Origin: Eubacteriales bacterium
GTDB taxonomy: Bacteria > Bacillota > Clostridia > Oscillospirales > JAAYOS01
Assembly (NCBI GenBank): GCA_050950785.1
Contig: JBMNIG010000025.1
Location: forward strand, 31,775 to 95,774
Direction: 5' to 3'
Length of the DNA stretch: 64,000 bases
The notes beneath the pieces are model-generated. The model worked only from the letters and a program-made list of their open reading frames with translations. It searched no databases and was not told the DNA's origin. Below, piece after piece: positions 20,197 through 30,946 of the stretch. Position numbers and translations under genes: made by a program. Within the stretch, counting starts at the first letter, position 1. Each line of letters begins with the position of its first letter.

Positions 20197-22278
20197 CTAA
20201 ACTTTGAAAAGCAGCTCACCATATGTAGGAAATGGCCATAACGAAGTATCGGTGATGCGTTCAAGGTTGTCGGCGGTTCCGCGAAGCTTCTCCATGATCG
20301 GGAGAACTGTATCATGCCAGTAGTGGGCAATGTTTTCAAGCTTATCTTCGGGAACATCGTCAATGGATCTTTCGAGATCATCCATCGAGTCCTGCAGATT
20401 GGCACAAAGCAGGTTAAGCTTTCTTAATATTCGATACTCCGGAATTGGACCGATACCAAGGTTCTTCTTTTTTTCAACAACATTGAGAATGCGGTCCTGA
20501 TACTTCAGGGCAGCAGGCATGATCTGACGATTCGCTATCTCAAGCATCGTTTCGGCTTCCACTTTCGCCGTTTTTATATAGTTCTCAAAGGCAATATCGC
20601 AGCGGGAGCGTAATTCAACACAGTCAAATACGTTATGCTTGCCGAAGAGATCGACACTTTTTTTATCTGTGTAATATCTGATTGCATCTACAGCGGAGTG
20701 GAGTATAGGGAGTCCCCGCTTTCTTGCTTCACTTTCCCATTCAGAGGAGTAGTTGTTGCCATCAAAGAGGATTCGCCTGTGCTCAAGTATAGTATTACGC
20801 AGTAAATCATAAAGCGCCGTCTTAAAGTCGTCAGCATTTTCCAAAATATCGGCAAACTGTCTCAGGGACTCAGCCACAGCTGTGTTGAGTACAATATTGG
20901 GATCGGCCATTGCCAGGGAGGAACCCGGCATACGAAACTCGAATTTGTTTCCCGTAAAGGCAAAGGGTGACGTGCGGTTTCTGTCGGTGTTGTCAGTCTT
21001 GATTTTCGGAATCGATGCAACACCCAACGCAAGCCAGGAAGAGCCGACAGTCTCCACCGGTGCACCTTCGGCAATGGAGCCCAATAGAGAATTAAGCTGC
21101 TCGCCAAGGAAAATAGAAATTATGGCAGGAGGGGCTTCATCGCCACCAAGGCGGAAGTCATTTGAGTAGGTGGCCACACTCATCCTGAGTAATTCCGAAT
21201 ACTCATCTACGGCTTTTATTACCGCAAGCAGAAACAGGAGAAAACGAGTGTTTTCCTCTGCTGTTTTACCTGGTTTGAGAAGGTTGATCCCGTCGTCTGT
21301 GGAAATGCTCCAGTTGTTGTGTTTTCCCGAACCGTTTACGCCGGCAAAGGGCTTTTCGTGAAGCAGGCAGACAAGACCATGTTCCTCGGCAACCTGTTTG
21401 AGTATTTCCATTACAAGCTGGTTGTGATCTATTGCAATATTGCAGGTACTATATATGCATGCAAGCTCATGTTGGGCAGGAGCGGCCTCGTTATGACGGG
21501 TCTTGGCGTAAACACCAAGCTGCCACAGCTCTTGGTCCACCTGCTGCATAAAGCGCGCAATGCGCGGTTTTATATGTCCATAATAATGGTAATCCATCTC
21601 TTGCCCCTTGGGGGGAGGGGAACCAAAAAGCGTACGTCCCGAGTAGATCAAGTCCGGTCGCTTTTGATAGAGTTCCCGGTCGACAATAAAGTACTCCTGC
21701 TCAAGCCCAAGAGTGCTGATAACCTGACAAGTCGAAGTATTACCCAAAAGACGTAATATTCGAATTGCCTGTTTGTTGAGAGCATTTAAAGATCTGAGCA
21801 GTGGTGTTTTCTTATCCAAAGCAACACCCGAGTAGGAACAGAAAGCTGTGGGGATATAAAGAGTTTTGTTTAAAACAAAGGCATTGGATGTAGGATCCCA
21901 GGCAGTGTATCCCCGGGCTTCAAAAGTAGCACGGAGGCCACCTGAAGGGAAGGAGGATGCATCCGATTCGCCCTTGATAAGCTCTTTCCCCGAAAACTCC
22001 ATTATAACTTTTCCACCCGGAATCGGTGATATAAAGCTGTTATGCTTTTCGGCCGTAACACCTGTCATCGGCTGGAACCAGTGGCAATAATGTGTTGCGC
22101 CCTTTTCTACCGCCCATTCTTTCATACATGCTGCTACTGTCATAGCGGTAGAATAGTCCAGCTCATCGCCCTTTCTGATGGTTTCCATGAGGTCAACGTA
22201 TGTTTCCTTTGGCAAACGCTCTCGCATAACGCTTTCGCTAAAAACATTGGAGCCAAACATTTCTGTCAGCTTAGTCAT
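20197..22278 (-). CDS. glnA: Glutamine synthetase, type III
   Basis: About 693 aa, the type III length class, with NGSGKHNNWS and HEKPFAGVNGSG motifs. ATG at 22278 follows GGGGAG. The track ORF starts 84 nt further upstream. Confidence 0.88.
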   Translation of the reverse strand: MTKLTEMFGSNVFSESVMRERLPKETYVDLMETIRKGDELDYSTAMTVAACMKEWAVEKGATHYCHWFQPMTGVTAEKHNSFISPIPGGKVIMEFSGKELIKGESDASSFPSGGLRATFEARGYTAWDPTSNAFVLNKTLYIPTAFCSYSGVALDKKTPLLRSLNALNKQAIRILRLLGNTSTCQVISTLGLEQEYFIVDRELYQKRPDLIYSGRTLFGSPPPKGQEMDYHYYGHIKPRIARFMQQVDQELWQLGVYAKTRHNEAAPAQHELACIYSTCNIAIDHNQLVMEILKQVAEEHGLVCLLHEKPFAGVNGSGKHNNWSISTDDGINLLKPGKTAEENTRFLLFLLAVIKAVDEYSELLRMSVATYSNDFRLGGDEAPPAIISIFLGEQLNSLLGSIAEGAPVETVGSSWLALGVASIPKIKTDNTDRNRTSPFAFTGNKFEFRMPGSSLAMADPNIVLNTAVAESLRQFADILENADDFKTALYDLLRNTILEHRRILFDGNNYSSEWESEARKRGLPILHSAVDAIRYYTDKKSVDLFGKHNVFDCVELRSRCDIAFENYIKTAKVEAETMLEIANRQIMPAALKYQDRILNVVEKKKNLGIGPIPEYRILRKLNLLCANLQDSMDDLERSIDDVPEDKLENIAHYWHDTVLPIMEKLRGTADNLERITDTSLWPFPTYGELLFKV

Positions 22279-22811
22279 ACAATCTCCCCGTTTCTCAGGT
22301 AGTATAATGGACAAAAAACTGTCCGATAGATTATTCAAAACGGTCAGTGCCTGTTGATCCATAAAATAAAGAAAGAAATATTTATTTCAAAATGTTATCA
22401 TTAATCCTTGCAGTGGTCAACCACTTTTTACCGTGATACACTCCCGCCGCTTATTATGTGCGATATGAAGCAGGGGCTTCCTGGAACTCCACCACCAAAC
22501 CGACAGCATCACCAAAAGGGTAGATATTGAATAATATGAGTAACCGCAACGGATAAGCAATATATATTATAGTGTATAAACCTGCTAATTGCGAGTTTTT
22601 AGCAATATTTATTACCCGAAGTCGAATAAAAAACAAACTTATGAAAAAATATCACATAAAATTGCATATGAGAACTTGAAATGAATCGTTAAATATTATA
22701 TACTTTGTAAAGTGACTATCGTGATCCCATAACGCGGCGGTCCGGTTTAGACAGAGCATTCGCCATGGCAATGGGAAGAGCGTCATTTAAATAATTACAG
22801 GAGGAAGTCAA

Positions 22812-24818
22812 ATGGCGACATCTCAAAATATCCGCAACATCTGCCTGCTGGGACACGGAGGAGACGGCAAGACCAGTTTGGCCGAGAGCATTTTATATCT
22901 CACAAAGGGAACAGACCGACTGGGCAAAGTGACCGACGGAACAACCGTATGCGATTACGATCCCGAAGAGATCAAGCGTCATATTTCAATCTCGGCTACT
23001 CCGGTACCGGTTTCATATGGTAAGGTAAAGATCAACCTGCTGGATACACCCGGGTACTTCGATTTTGTCGGAGAGGTTTTGCAGTGCCTGCGTGTAGCCG
23101 ACAGCGGCCTTGTAGTTCTCAGCGCCAAAGGTGGCATTAACGTAGGTGCAGAAAAGGCCGTTAAAATGCTCGATGAGCACAATCTTCCAAAACTGTTCTA
23201 TATCTCTAAAATAGACGAAGAAAATGCTGATTTTGATAAAACCTATGAGGAGCTACGTACTCAGTTTGGTATCTCAGTTTGTGCTGTTACAATGCCGCTG
23301 GTTGAAGGCGGAAAGATTACTGGAGTAATTGACATAGTACGTAAAAAGGCTTACCGTATCAACGGAGCAAAAGAGGAAGAGATTCCGGTTCCGGCAGATG
23401 CAGTAGACCACATGGAAGAATTGCGTAACACACTTACAGAAAATGTTGCAGAGACCTCTGAAGAACTGATGGAGAAGTATTTTGAGGGCGAAGAGTTCAC
23501 CGAAGAGGAATTCTTCAACGGAATTCGTGAGGGTGTGAAGAACGGATCTGTTTGCCCTGTATTTTGCGGCAGCGGATTTACCGGTGCAGGTACATTGCCA
23601 TTGCTTGAAGGTATTTCAAATTATGCTCCGGCTCCTCAAGGCGATCCTGACGGCCCGGCCAGTGCCATTGTCTTCAAGACGATTTCCGACCAGTATGGTA
23701 AATTCTCTTTCTTCAGAGTTATGTCGGGCACTGTTACAACTGACATGACACTTGAAAATCCGCGCACAAGAACAAAAGAAAAGCTTGCACATATTTACTC
23801 GGTAAAAGGCAAGAAGAACACAGAGATCACCGAAGTGGCCTGTGGAGATATCGCTGCAGTGTCCAAATTGTCAGACACAAAAACCGGCGATACCCTCAGT
23901 GCAGTTGGATCGGGTATCGAGCTGGAAGGTATCAACTTCCCGAAGCCCTGCTATTCCTTGGCATTGTCTTCGACAGTCAAGGGTGGTGAGGAGAAAATAG
24001 CCACAGGTCTTGCACGACTTGCAGAAGAGGATCCTGTATTTACTCTTGAGCAAAACGCCGAGACAAAGCAGATGGTACTATCCGGAATGGGTGACATTCA
24101 CATCGATGTTCTCCGCTCCAAGCTGAAAAGCAAATTCGGTGCCGATACGACAGTAAGCACTCCTAAAGTAGCCTATCGTGAGAAGATCAAGAAAAAGGTC
24201 AGGGTCGAAGGAAAGCATAAAAAGCAATCCGGCGGACATGGACAATACGGTCACGTTTGGATTGAATTTGAGCCTGCCCCCGGTGCAGACGATCTTGTGT
24301 TTGAGGAGACGATCTTCGGCGGTAGCGTTCCGAAGAACTTCCATCCGGCGGTTGAGAAGGGAATTCGCGAAAGCATGACCCGCGGAGTCTTGGCAGGTTA
24401 TCCTGTTGTTGAGCTGAAGGCTACTCTTGTTGACGGCTCATACCACGATGTTGACTCTTCGGAAATGGCCTTTAAGACTGCAGCATCGCTGGCATACAAG
24501 GCAGGTTTGGCTCAGGCAAATCCTGTTCTGATGGAGCCCATCGGCAATTTGAAGGTAACCATACCTGACAATTACATGGGCGACGTAATGGGTGATCTTA
24601 ATAAGCGCCGTGGCCGCATCCTTGGTATGAACCCTGTTGATGGTCAGCAGGTGGTTGAGGCCGAAGTGCCCATGGCTGAAATGTCTTCATACGCTATTGA
24701 TCTTCGCTCAATGACTCAAGGTCGTGGATCATTTGTCCTCACATTTGAGCGCTATGAGGAGGCTCCACACCAGGTTCAGCAGAAGGTTATCGAAGAAAGA
24801 CAAGCTGAAGAAAACTAA
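22812..24818 (+). CDS. Elongation factor G paralog (EF-G2-like translational GTPase)
   Basis: 668 aa. The G1 motif is GHGGDGKTSL rather than the AHIDAGKTT of canonical EF-G. DTPGYFDF is present, and domains III-V are conserved (HGQYGHVWIEFEP). Confidence 0.85.
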   Translation: MATSQNIRNICLLGHGGDGKTSLAESILYLTKGTDRLGKVTDGTTVCDYDPEEIKRHISISATPVPVSYGKVKINLLDTPGYFDFVGEVLQCLRVADSGLVVLSAKGGINVGAEKAVKMLDEHNLPKLFYISKIDEENADFDKTYEELRTQFGISVCAVTMPLVEGGKITGVIDIVRKKAYRINGAKEEEIPVPADAVDHMEELRNTLTENVAETSEELMEKYFEGEEFTEEEFFNGIREGVKNGSVCPVFCGSGFTGAGTLPLLEGISNYAPAPQGDPDGPASAIVFKTISDQYGKFSFFRVMSGTVTTDMTLENPRTRTKEKLAHIYSVKGKKNTEITEVACGDIAAVSKLSDTKTGDTLSAVGSGIELEGINFPKPCYSLALSSTVKGGEEKIATGLARLAEEDPVFTLEQNAETKQMVLSGMGDIHIDVLRSKLKSKFGADTTVSTPKVAYREKIKKKVRVEGKHKKQSGGHGQYGHVWIEFEPAPGADDLVFEETIFGGSVPKNFHPAVEKGIRESMTRGVLAGYPVVELKATLVDGSYHDVDSSEMAFKTAASLAYKAGLAQANPVLMEPIGNLKVTIPDNYMGDVMGDLNKRRGRILGMNPVDGQQVVEAEVPMAEMSSYAIDLRSMTQGRGSFVLTFERYEEAPHQVQQKVIEERQAEEN

Positions 24819-24880
24819 GAATACTGTTACAACTTTATTAACAATCTATGTACTGATTATTAAGCGCAAGGATTAGCAGA

Positions 24881-24940
24881 CGACATGCCTCACTAATTAT
24901 GCAACCGTTGTATAAATATGCAGAGGCATGTCGCCTTTTG
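24881..24940 (+). terminator. Candidate intrinsic terminator after the EF-G2-like gene
   Basis: 11-bp stem CGACATGCCTC/GAGGCATGTCG (24881-24891 / 24923-24933) with a large loop, followed by CCTTTTG. Confidence 0.5.
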
Positions 24941-25263
24941 TCGTGATCAGCACATTGGAAACAACCGCTATTATACACATTTATTGTTTGTTACCGGAGA
25001 CTGTTGAATCAGCAGAAAATTTAACAACTTAAAAAATAAAGTTTTGTAGGTATTTCAGGAATATCTATAAAAAATACAACAAATCGACGTAAAGTATATT
25101 AAAATCCCAATTTTGTACAGTTAAAATATTTAACAATTAATTAACATAATCGGTCAGGTTGTACAAAATACGAATTTTACATTTGGTTATTAAGTTAATA
25201 TACGATTTAAAAATCCTGTGGTATAGTAAGAATACAATTTGGCTTTGATTTGGAGGTTTTTAC

Positions 25264-26376
25264 ATGTCAAGTGTAACACTGAAAAGTGTATACAAAAAGT
25301 ATGCAGGTGGCGTTGTAGCCGTCTCCGATTTCAACCTGGATGTAGAAGACAAGGAGTTTATCATCCTTGTTGGCCCTTCTGGATGCGGCAAGACTACAAC
25401 CCTGCGTATGATAGCCGGTCTTGAAGAGATCACCGATGGAGAGCTCTATATAGACGGAAAGCTCTGCAATGATGTTCCGCCTAAGGAAAGAGATATTGCA
25501 ATGGTTTTCCAGAACTATGCACTTTATCCTCATATGACAGTTTTTGACAACATGGCATTTGGACTGAAGCTCCGTCGTGTTCCTAAAGATGAAATCAAGC
25601 GTCGTGTCGATGAAGCTGCCCGTATTCTCGAAATCGAGCACCTTCTGGACCGTAAACCGGCTGCACTGTCCGGTGGACAGCGTCAGCGTGTTGCCCTTGG
25701 ACGCGCAATCGTTCGTAACCCAAAGGTTTTCCTGCTTGACGAGCCCCTTTCCAACCTTGACGCTAAGCTCCGTGCACAGATGCGTACCGAGCTGACAAAG
25801 CTTCATATCAGACTTAACACAACATTTATTTACGTAACTCACGACCAGACAGAGGCTATGACGATGGGTACCCGTATCGTAGTCATGAAGGATGGTTTTG
25901 TTCAACAGATCGCAGCACCTCAATATCTGTATGAGTATCCCGCAAATCTCTTTGTTGCTACATTTATCGGTTCTCCCCAGATGAACACCATCAATGCAAC
26001 GATCATAGATGAGGGCGGCGTTACTTACGTCCAGTTTGGAGATTCACGTATCGCACTTCCTGAAAGCAAGGGACGCAAGCCTGAAGTACTTGCTTACGCA
26101 GGTCAGGAAGTAATCATGGGAATCCGTCCTGAGAACATTCATGATGAAGAGATGTTCCTCAACATGTACCCAGATGCACTTGTTGATGCCGATGTTGAGG
26201 TTGTTGAGCAGATGGGTAACGAAAACTTCCTTTACCTCGTATGTGAAGGCAAACAGGTTACTGCACGTGTATCCAACCGTTCTACCGCTAAAAATGGCGA
26301 TAAGATCAAGGTTGCATTCGACGTTTCCAAGATTCATCTGTTCGACAAAGAGACAGAGAAGACAATAACTAACTAG
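25264..26376 (+). CDS. Sugar ABC transporter ATP-binding protein (MsmK/MsmX/UgpC type), with no permease genes nearby
   Basis: 370 aa. Has GPSGCGKTT, LSGGQRQRVALGRA and FLLDEPLSNLDA, plus a C-terminal MalK-like regulatory domain. Confidence 0.9.
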   Translation: MSSVTLKSVYKKYAGGVVAVSDFNLDVEDKEFIILVGPSGCGKTTTLRMIAGLEEITDGELYIDGKLCNDVPPKERDIAMVFQNYALYPHMTVFDNMAFGLKLRRVPKDEIKRRVDEAARILEIEHLLDRKPAALSGGQRQRVALGRAIVRNPKVFLLDEPLSNLDAKLRAQMRTELTKLHIRLNTTFIYVTHDQTEAMTMGTRIVVMKDGFVQQIAAPQYLYEYPANLFVATFIGSPQMNTINATIIDEGGVTYVQFGDSRIALPESKGRKPEVLAYAGQEVIMGIRPENIHDEEMFLNMYPDALVDADVEVVEQMGNENFLYLVCEGKQVTARVSNRSTAKNGDKIKVAFDVSKIHLFDKETEKTITN

Positions 26377-26408
26377 TTTATTTCTTAAATTTACTTGTTG
26401 TAATAAAT

Positions 26409-26447
26409 CCCCGACAGGGCATGATTTGCCTTTGTCGGGGGTTTTAT
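26409..26447 (+). terminator. Intrinsic terminator
   Basis: CCCCGACAGGGCA..TGCCTTTGTCGGGG followed by GTTTTATT. Confidence 0.8.
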
Positions 26448-26746
26448 TGCAGTTTGCCGGCGAGGGCAAGTTATAATAGGACGATTCTACTTGATCAAAC
26501 ATTATTAGTAATTCTGTATAGACTGGGAAATGCCAATAAAATTATGAAATAACCGATGAAATGATATATTTGATGCTCTAATTCGAAAAAATATGGCAGG
26601 ATTTAGCATTATACACCTCAAATTTTGATATTATGTAAAGTTTCACTTGAAAATTATATAAAAACAGGGTAATATAATAAGAGCTAAATAAAATGTGATG
26701 TGATTTTTCTTAATACATGTTTACATGACAGGAAAGAGGGGCAGCA

Positions 26747-27838
26747 ATGTCAAGTAGGATATTCCAGGGAATGATACTGCAGCTTAAAGAGGCGACCAAC
26801 CGAGTTATCGGTGTTTTGGACAATGCCGGAACAATAATAGCCTGCAGCGAACTGAGTATGATAGGGAAAAAGCGAGAAGCGGCTGCTTTGGAGCTGAACA
26901 ATCCCAATGAAGGTATAGTACGACTTGACGGTTATACCTATAAAATTTTGTCGACCTTTGGCAATCACTTTGATTATGCAATCTTTTTGCAGGGAGAGGA
27001 CGACTACGCCGAGAGCCTTGCAATAATGTCCGCTGTTGCTCTTAACGGCGCTAAGCAGTCACATGATGAGAAGCATGATAAGGCAACATTTATCAAAAAC
27101 ATCATCCTTGACAACATCCTTTCAGGAGATATCTATATTCGTGCTCGGGAACTTCACTTCCAGAGTAATGTTCCATATGTTGTACTGTTGATCAGGCAAG
27201 AGGACAAAACCGATCTTGCTGTGATCGACATCATTCAGAACATGTTTCCCGATCGTCAGCACGATTTTGTCATCAATGTCAGTGAGACTGATATCGCATT
27301 AGTAAAGCAAGTGCGGAAAGCTACAAGCACAAAAGAGTTGATCACTCTGGCTAAATCTGTCGAAGAAACGATCAATGCCGAACTGTACATAAAGACAGTT
27401 ATCGGCATAGGAACCATTGCTCAGCATTTGCGCGATTTGGCAGGTTCTTTTAAGGCTGCACAAGTCGCTATCGATGTGGGTAAAGTTTTTGACACAGAGA
27501 AGAGCATTATCGCTTATGACAATCTTGGTATTGCTCGGCTCATATATCAGCTACCTACCACACTATGCGAAATGTTCCTGACAGAAGTATTTAAAAAGAA
27601 CACAATCGACAGCCTTGACTCTGAGACTATCTTTACTATCAACAAGTTTTTTGAAAACAATCTCAACGTCTCAGAAACCTCAAGAAAGCTTTTCGTTCAT
27701 AGAAATACACTTGTTTATCGACTTGAAAAAATCAAAAAGCTGACTGGTCTCGACCTTCGAGAATTCGACCATGCCATCATCTTCAAAGTTGCATTGATGG
27801 TACGAAAATATCTTGCAAGTAGGGAGACAAGGTACTGA
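26747..27838 (+). CDS. PucR/CdaR-family transcriptional regulator
   Basis: 363 aa. C-terminal PucR-type HTH (NVSETSRKLFVHRNTLVYRLEKIKKLTGLD). Its stop overlaps the ftsE ATG by 1 nt. Confidence 0.75.
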   Translation: MSSRIFQGMILQLKEATNRVIGVLDNAGTIIACSELSMIGKKREAAALELNNPNEGIVRLDGYTYKILSTFGNHFDYAIFLQGEDDYAESLAIMSAVALNGAKQSHDEKHDKATFIKNIILDNILSGDIYIRARELHFQSNVPYVVLLIRQEDKTDLAVIDIIQNMFPDRQHDFVINVSETDIALVKQVRKATSTKELITLAKSVEETINAELYIKTVIGIGTIAQHLRDLAGSFKAAQVAIDVGKVFDTEKSIIAYDNLGIARLIYQLPTTLCEMFLTEVFKKNTIDSLDSETIFTINKFFENNLNVSETSRKLFVHRNTLVYRLEKIKKLTGLDLREFDHAIIFKVALMVRKYLASRETRY

Positions 27839-28518
27839 TGGTCCGATTCTCCGGAGTTCACATGACGTATGGCAACGGAACCAAGGCAATAAAGGGGATA
27901 GATCTGCGTATAAGCGACGGAGAGTTTGTCTTTCTTATCGGTCCTTCCGGTTCCGGCAAATCGACTATTGTGAAGATGATCACGGGTGAGCTCAGGCCTA
28001 CCCAAGGCAGGGTCATCGTCAACGGATTTAATGTTGGCACTATACGCCAGTCGGTGATACCCAGACTTCGACGGACGCTTGGAGTCATCTTTCAGGATTT
28101 CAGACTGATAGAGAAGAAGACTGTTTACGAGAATGTCGCATTCGCCATGCGTGTAATAGGAGCCGGGCGTAAAAACATTCAAGAAAGAGTACCCGTAATT
28201 CTTGATCTTGTAGGCCTTGCGCATAAGGCACACAGATATCCGCATGAATTATCGGGCGGGGAGCAACAGAGAGTAGCTATTGCGCGTGCGTTGATAAACA
28301 ATCCAAAAACTATTCTTGCGGACGAGCCAACGGGCAACTTAGATCCGGTACGCTCGCGAGAGATCATTTATCTCCTGGAAAAAATCAATAGTCTTGGAAC
28401 TACAGTTATAGCGGTCACTCATGAGCGTGACCTGGTAAACAGTATGTCCAAGCGCGTGGTAGCTATCGACGGGGGAAGGATAATCAGCGACCAGACAGGT
28501 GGGTACTACGCGATATGA
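27838..28518 (+). CDS. ftsE: Cell-division ABC ATPase FtsE
   Basis: 226 aa with [23 protein letters not shown] and [11 protein letters not shown]. Followed by ftsX. Confidence 0.92.
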   Translation: MVRFSGVHMTYGNGTKAIKGIDLRISDGEFVFLIGPSGSGKSTIVKMITGELRPTQGRVIVNGFNVGTIRQSVIPRLRRTLGVIFQDFRLIEKKTVYENVAFAMRVIGAGRKNIQERVPVILDLVGLAHKAHRYPHELSGGEQQRVAIARALINNPKTILADEPTGNLDPVRSREIIYLLEKINSLGTTVIAVTHERDLVNSMSKRVVAIDGGRIISDQTGGYYAI

Positions 28519-29402
28519 AAGGATATGATTTTTTCTACTTTTTGCGCGAAGGCGTAAAGAGTATATTTTTACACGGCTTTATGAGTTTCGCGGCAGTTAG
28601 TGTTATACTAGCATGTCTTATAATAATCGGGAGCTTTATGCTGTTGACCATGAACGTAAGTATGATCATTTCGGAAGCGGAGACTTCAACTGAAATGGTC
28701 GCATTTGTTGACGATACACTTTCACTGTCTGAAGCTCGTAGTATTGGCTCAAAAATCAACAGAATCGAAAACGTATCAAAATCTACATTTGTCTCAAGCG
28801 AAAAGGCTTTTGAAGAGTATGCTCAGGAGTTGGGTGAAGACAGCTATCTGCTCGAGGGATTTGAAGGAGAATCGATCCTCAGACATCGTTATCGTGTTTA
28901 TATAGAGGATGTTTCGTTAACTTCGGAAACTGCCGAAAGGATTCGCAAAATACCGGGCATTGCCAAGGTCAATGCAAGCCTTGAAATATCCCAAAGCATT
29001 ATGAACATGAAAAATGTTGTAAGTGCTGTTACATACATACTAGCGGCGATTCTTGTGGGAGTTTCTATTTTTATTATTTCCAATACAGTCAAACTGACAA
29101 CATTTGACAGGCGCGAAGAGATCGCCATAATGAAAATGGTTGGTGCCACAAATGCGTTTATCCGCTGGCCCTTCGTGTTCGAGGGCTTTATTCTCGGCAC
29201 ATTAGGAGGAGCACTTGCCTTTGTTGGACAGTGGGCTATTTACAATTATGCTGTACAAAAAATATCTGAGTCATTATCGATCATCAACCTTATAAACTTT
29301 CAGACTATCGCTATACCAATGTTTATACTATTCCTTATATCCGGATTTCTTGTGGGGATAGGTGGCAGTGTACTTACAATTCGCAAGTTCATGCGTGTAT
29401 AA
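28515..29402 (+). CDS. ftsX: Cell-division permease-like protein FtsX
   Basis: 295 aa. N-terminal TM, an extracellular domain and three C-terminal TM segments, with the EIAIMKMVGAT motif. Confidence 0.9.
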   Translation: MKGYDFFYFLREGVKSIFLHGFMSFAAVSVILACLIIIGSFMLLTMNVSMIISEAETSTEMVAFVDDTLSLSEARSIGSKINRIENVSKSTFVSSEKAFEEYAQELGEDSYLLEGFEGESILRHRYRVYIEDVSLTSETAERIRKIPGIAKVNASLEISQSIMNMKNVVSAVTYILAAILVGVSIFIISNTVKLTTFDRREEIAIMKMVGATNAFIRWPFVFEGFILGTLGGALAFVGQWAIYNYAVQKISESLSIINLINFQTIAIPMFILFLISGFLVGIGGSVLTIRKFMRV

Positions 29403-29438
29403 GCCTAACAGATCTTATTTGCTACATATGGAGGTAAT

Positions 29439-30629
29439 ATGATGTCGGGTTCAAAGGTAAGGAAAATGGCCGGGATAATCGCGATTGTTTTAACCGCGCT
29501 CATTATACTTCCTTTCCTGGTTACGATCCTTAGCGGCAGTGCATCTGCCGCAGTAAGCGAAGCTGAGCTGAAGAAACTCAAAGAGCAGTCCTCTGCACTT
29601 TCAAAGGAAAGTAAGAAAATTGCCCAGGAACTAAAGAACGTTCGTGCCAGTAAGGCATCCGCAATCAAGGAAAAGAGCCTTATTGACAACCAGATATCAG
29701 TACTTGAACAGGAAATCGAGACCACTAACCTCATCATACAGAACTTAAGTGAGCAAATAGCAGCAAAAGAACAGGAAATCGCAGAGGCTGAACAAGAAGA
29801 AGCACGGGAATTCGAATTATTCAAAAAACGGATTCGTGCAATGGAGGAAAATGGTTCGGCGACATACATAGGTGTATTGCTAAAATGTGAGTCCTTTTCC
29901 GATTTGCTTTGTAAGACTGAAATGATAAGCGAGATAATTGAATATGACAAGCTTTTGATGGAGAGTTTAAAGGTTGCACGTGAGAGGATAGAGCAATCAA
30001 AAGCTGAGTTGGAAAGTGACAGGGCCGATCAGAGTGAGGCGCGCGAAGTCCTTCTATCACAAGTCGAAGCTCTTGAGGTAAAATACCAGGAGCAAAACGA
30101 CATTATTAAAAGTCTTGAAAAAGATGAGGAAACTTTTGCTTCAGAGTATGAAGAAGCAATGAAAGAGATGGAGCGTGTCAACAAGGAAATCGCCAAAATG
30201 GCGGCTGAGTTGGCAAAGCAAAAAAAGTATGTTGGAGGAAAATATCTCTGGCCTACTCCCGGCTACTATAAAATAACATCTCCATATGGTAACAGATATC
30301 ATCCCATCCTTAAGAAAAATAGTTTTCATAGCGGTATAGATATAGGTGCTCCAAAGGGAGCAAATATACTGGCATCCAATAGCGGCGAGATAATAGTTGC
30401 TGGTTGGAACAATGCCTATGGCAATTACGTTGTGATCAACCATGGAGGCGGACAGACCACCCTATATGCGCATATGTCCAAGATTTTGGTCAAGAAGGGA
30501 CAGAATGTAAAGCGCGGAGATAAAATCGGTCTTGTCGGATCTACCGGATGGTCCACAGGCCCCCATCTACACTTTGAGATCAGTATTGACGGTAAGACAA
30601 AGAACCCAAAGTCTTATTTTCCTGACTAG
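29439..30629 (+). CDS. Coiled-coil M23 (LytM) peptidase, EnvC/PcsB-like partner of FtsEX
   Basis: Signal anchor, a long coiled coil, and a C-terminal M23 domain (HSGIDIGAP .. HLHFEI). Confidence 0.88.
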   Translation: MMSGSKVRKMAGIIAIVLTALIILPFLVTILSGSASAAVSEAELKKLKEQSSALSKESKKIAQELKNVRASKASAIKEKSLIDNQISVLEQEIETTNLIIQNLSEQIAAKEQEIAEAEQEEAREFELFKKRIRAMEENGSATYIGVLLKCESFSDLLCKTEMISEIIEYDKLLMESLKVARERIEQSKAELESDRADQSEAREVLLSQVEALEVKYQEQNDIIKSLEKDEETFASEYEEAMKEMERVNKEIAKMAAELAKQKKYVGGKYLWPTPGYYKITSPYGNRYHPILKKNSFHSGIDIGAPKGANILASNSGEIIVAGWNNAYGNYVVINHGGGQTTLYAHMSKILVKKGQNVKRGDKIGLVGSTGWSTGPHLHFEISIDGKTKNPKSYFPD

Positions 30630-30769
30630 TCTGTAAAGTGAATTGGTGCATAAAATGTCGATAATGCTTTACAATATATGAAATTCAAAAATTGCGTCGC
30701 ATATTAGCGTAAGTTCAAAACTTATGACTTGGCAATGTCATAATTTCCATTATTTGATTCAATATTTTA

Positions 30770-30798
30770 TTGTATTTTCAATCAAAATTAGCTATAAT
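30770..30798 (+). promoter_or_regulatory. Sigma-A-type promoter in the M23-ctpA intergenic region
   Basis: TTGTAT (30770-30775), 17-nt spacer, TATAAT (30793-30798). Confidence 0.5.
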
Positions 30799-30902
30799 AT
30801 TGCATCGTTGGAATATGCTGCGGCATTGCAATGCCACATTTTATACAGAAAGGCCCATTTGTTAGGTAGGCTACTGCCTGAGCGATGCTGCCCAAACATA
30901 AG

Positions 30903-30946
30903 CTTGCCCAAGCTCCACCGCTCGAGTGAAGTTGGGGCAAGTTTTG
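30903..30946 (+). terminator. Intrinsic-terminator-like hairpin about 45 nt upstream of the ctpA start
   Basis: CTTGCCCAA (30903-30911) pairs with TTGGGGCAAG (30932-30941) with one bulged G. TTTT follows. Confidence 0.55.

Noticed and set aside
22454-22636. 60-aa ORF in the glnA/EF-G2 divergent region
   Set aside because: It has a hydrophobic low-complexity translation, no RBS and an AT-rich promoter-region context.
25267-25923. Long antisense ORFs opposite well-supported genes. Examples: 25267-25923, 38914-39552, 13031-13591, 16598-17161, 27715-28245, 29405-29950, 48596-49066, 50396-50863, 60300-60773
   Set aside because: Each lies fully inside a strongly conserved gene on the other strand, has low-complexity or Ser/Cys/Arg-rich translations, and has no RBS. 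These are typical shadow ORFs.
30800-30946. A known riboswitch or ncRNA class (c-di-AMP ydaO, c-di-GMP, T-box, 6S, SRP RNA, RNase P) for the ctpA leader
   Set aside because: I could not find any of the conserved core sequences I remember for these classes. I report the region only as an unclassified structured element.
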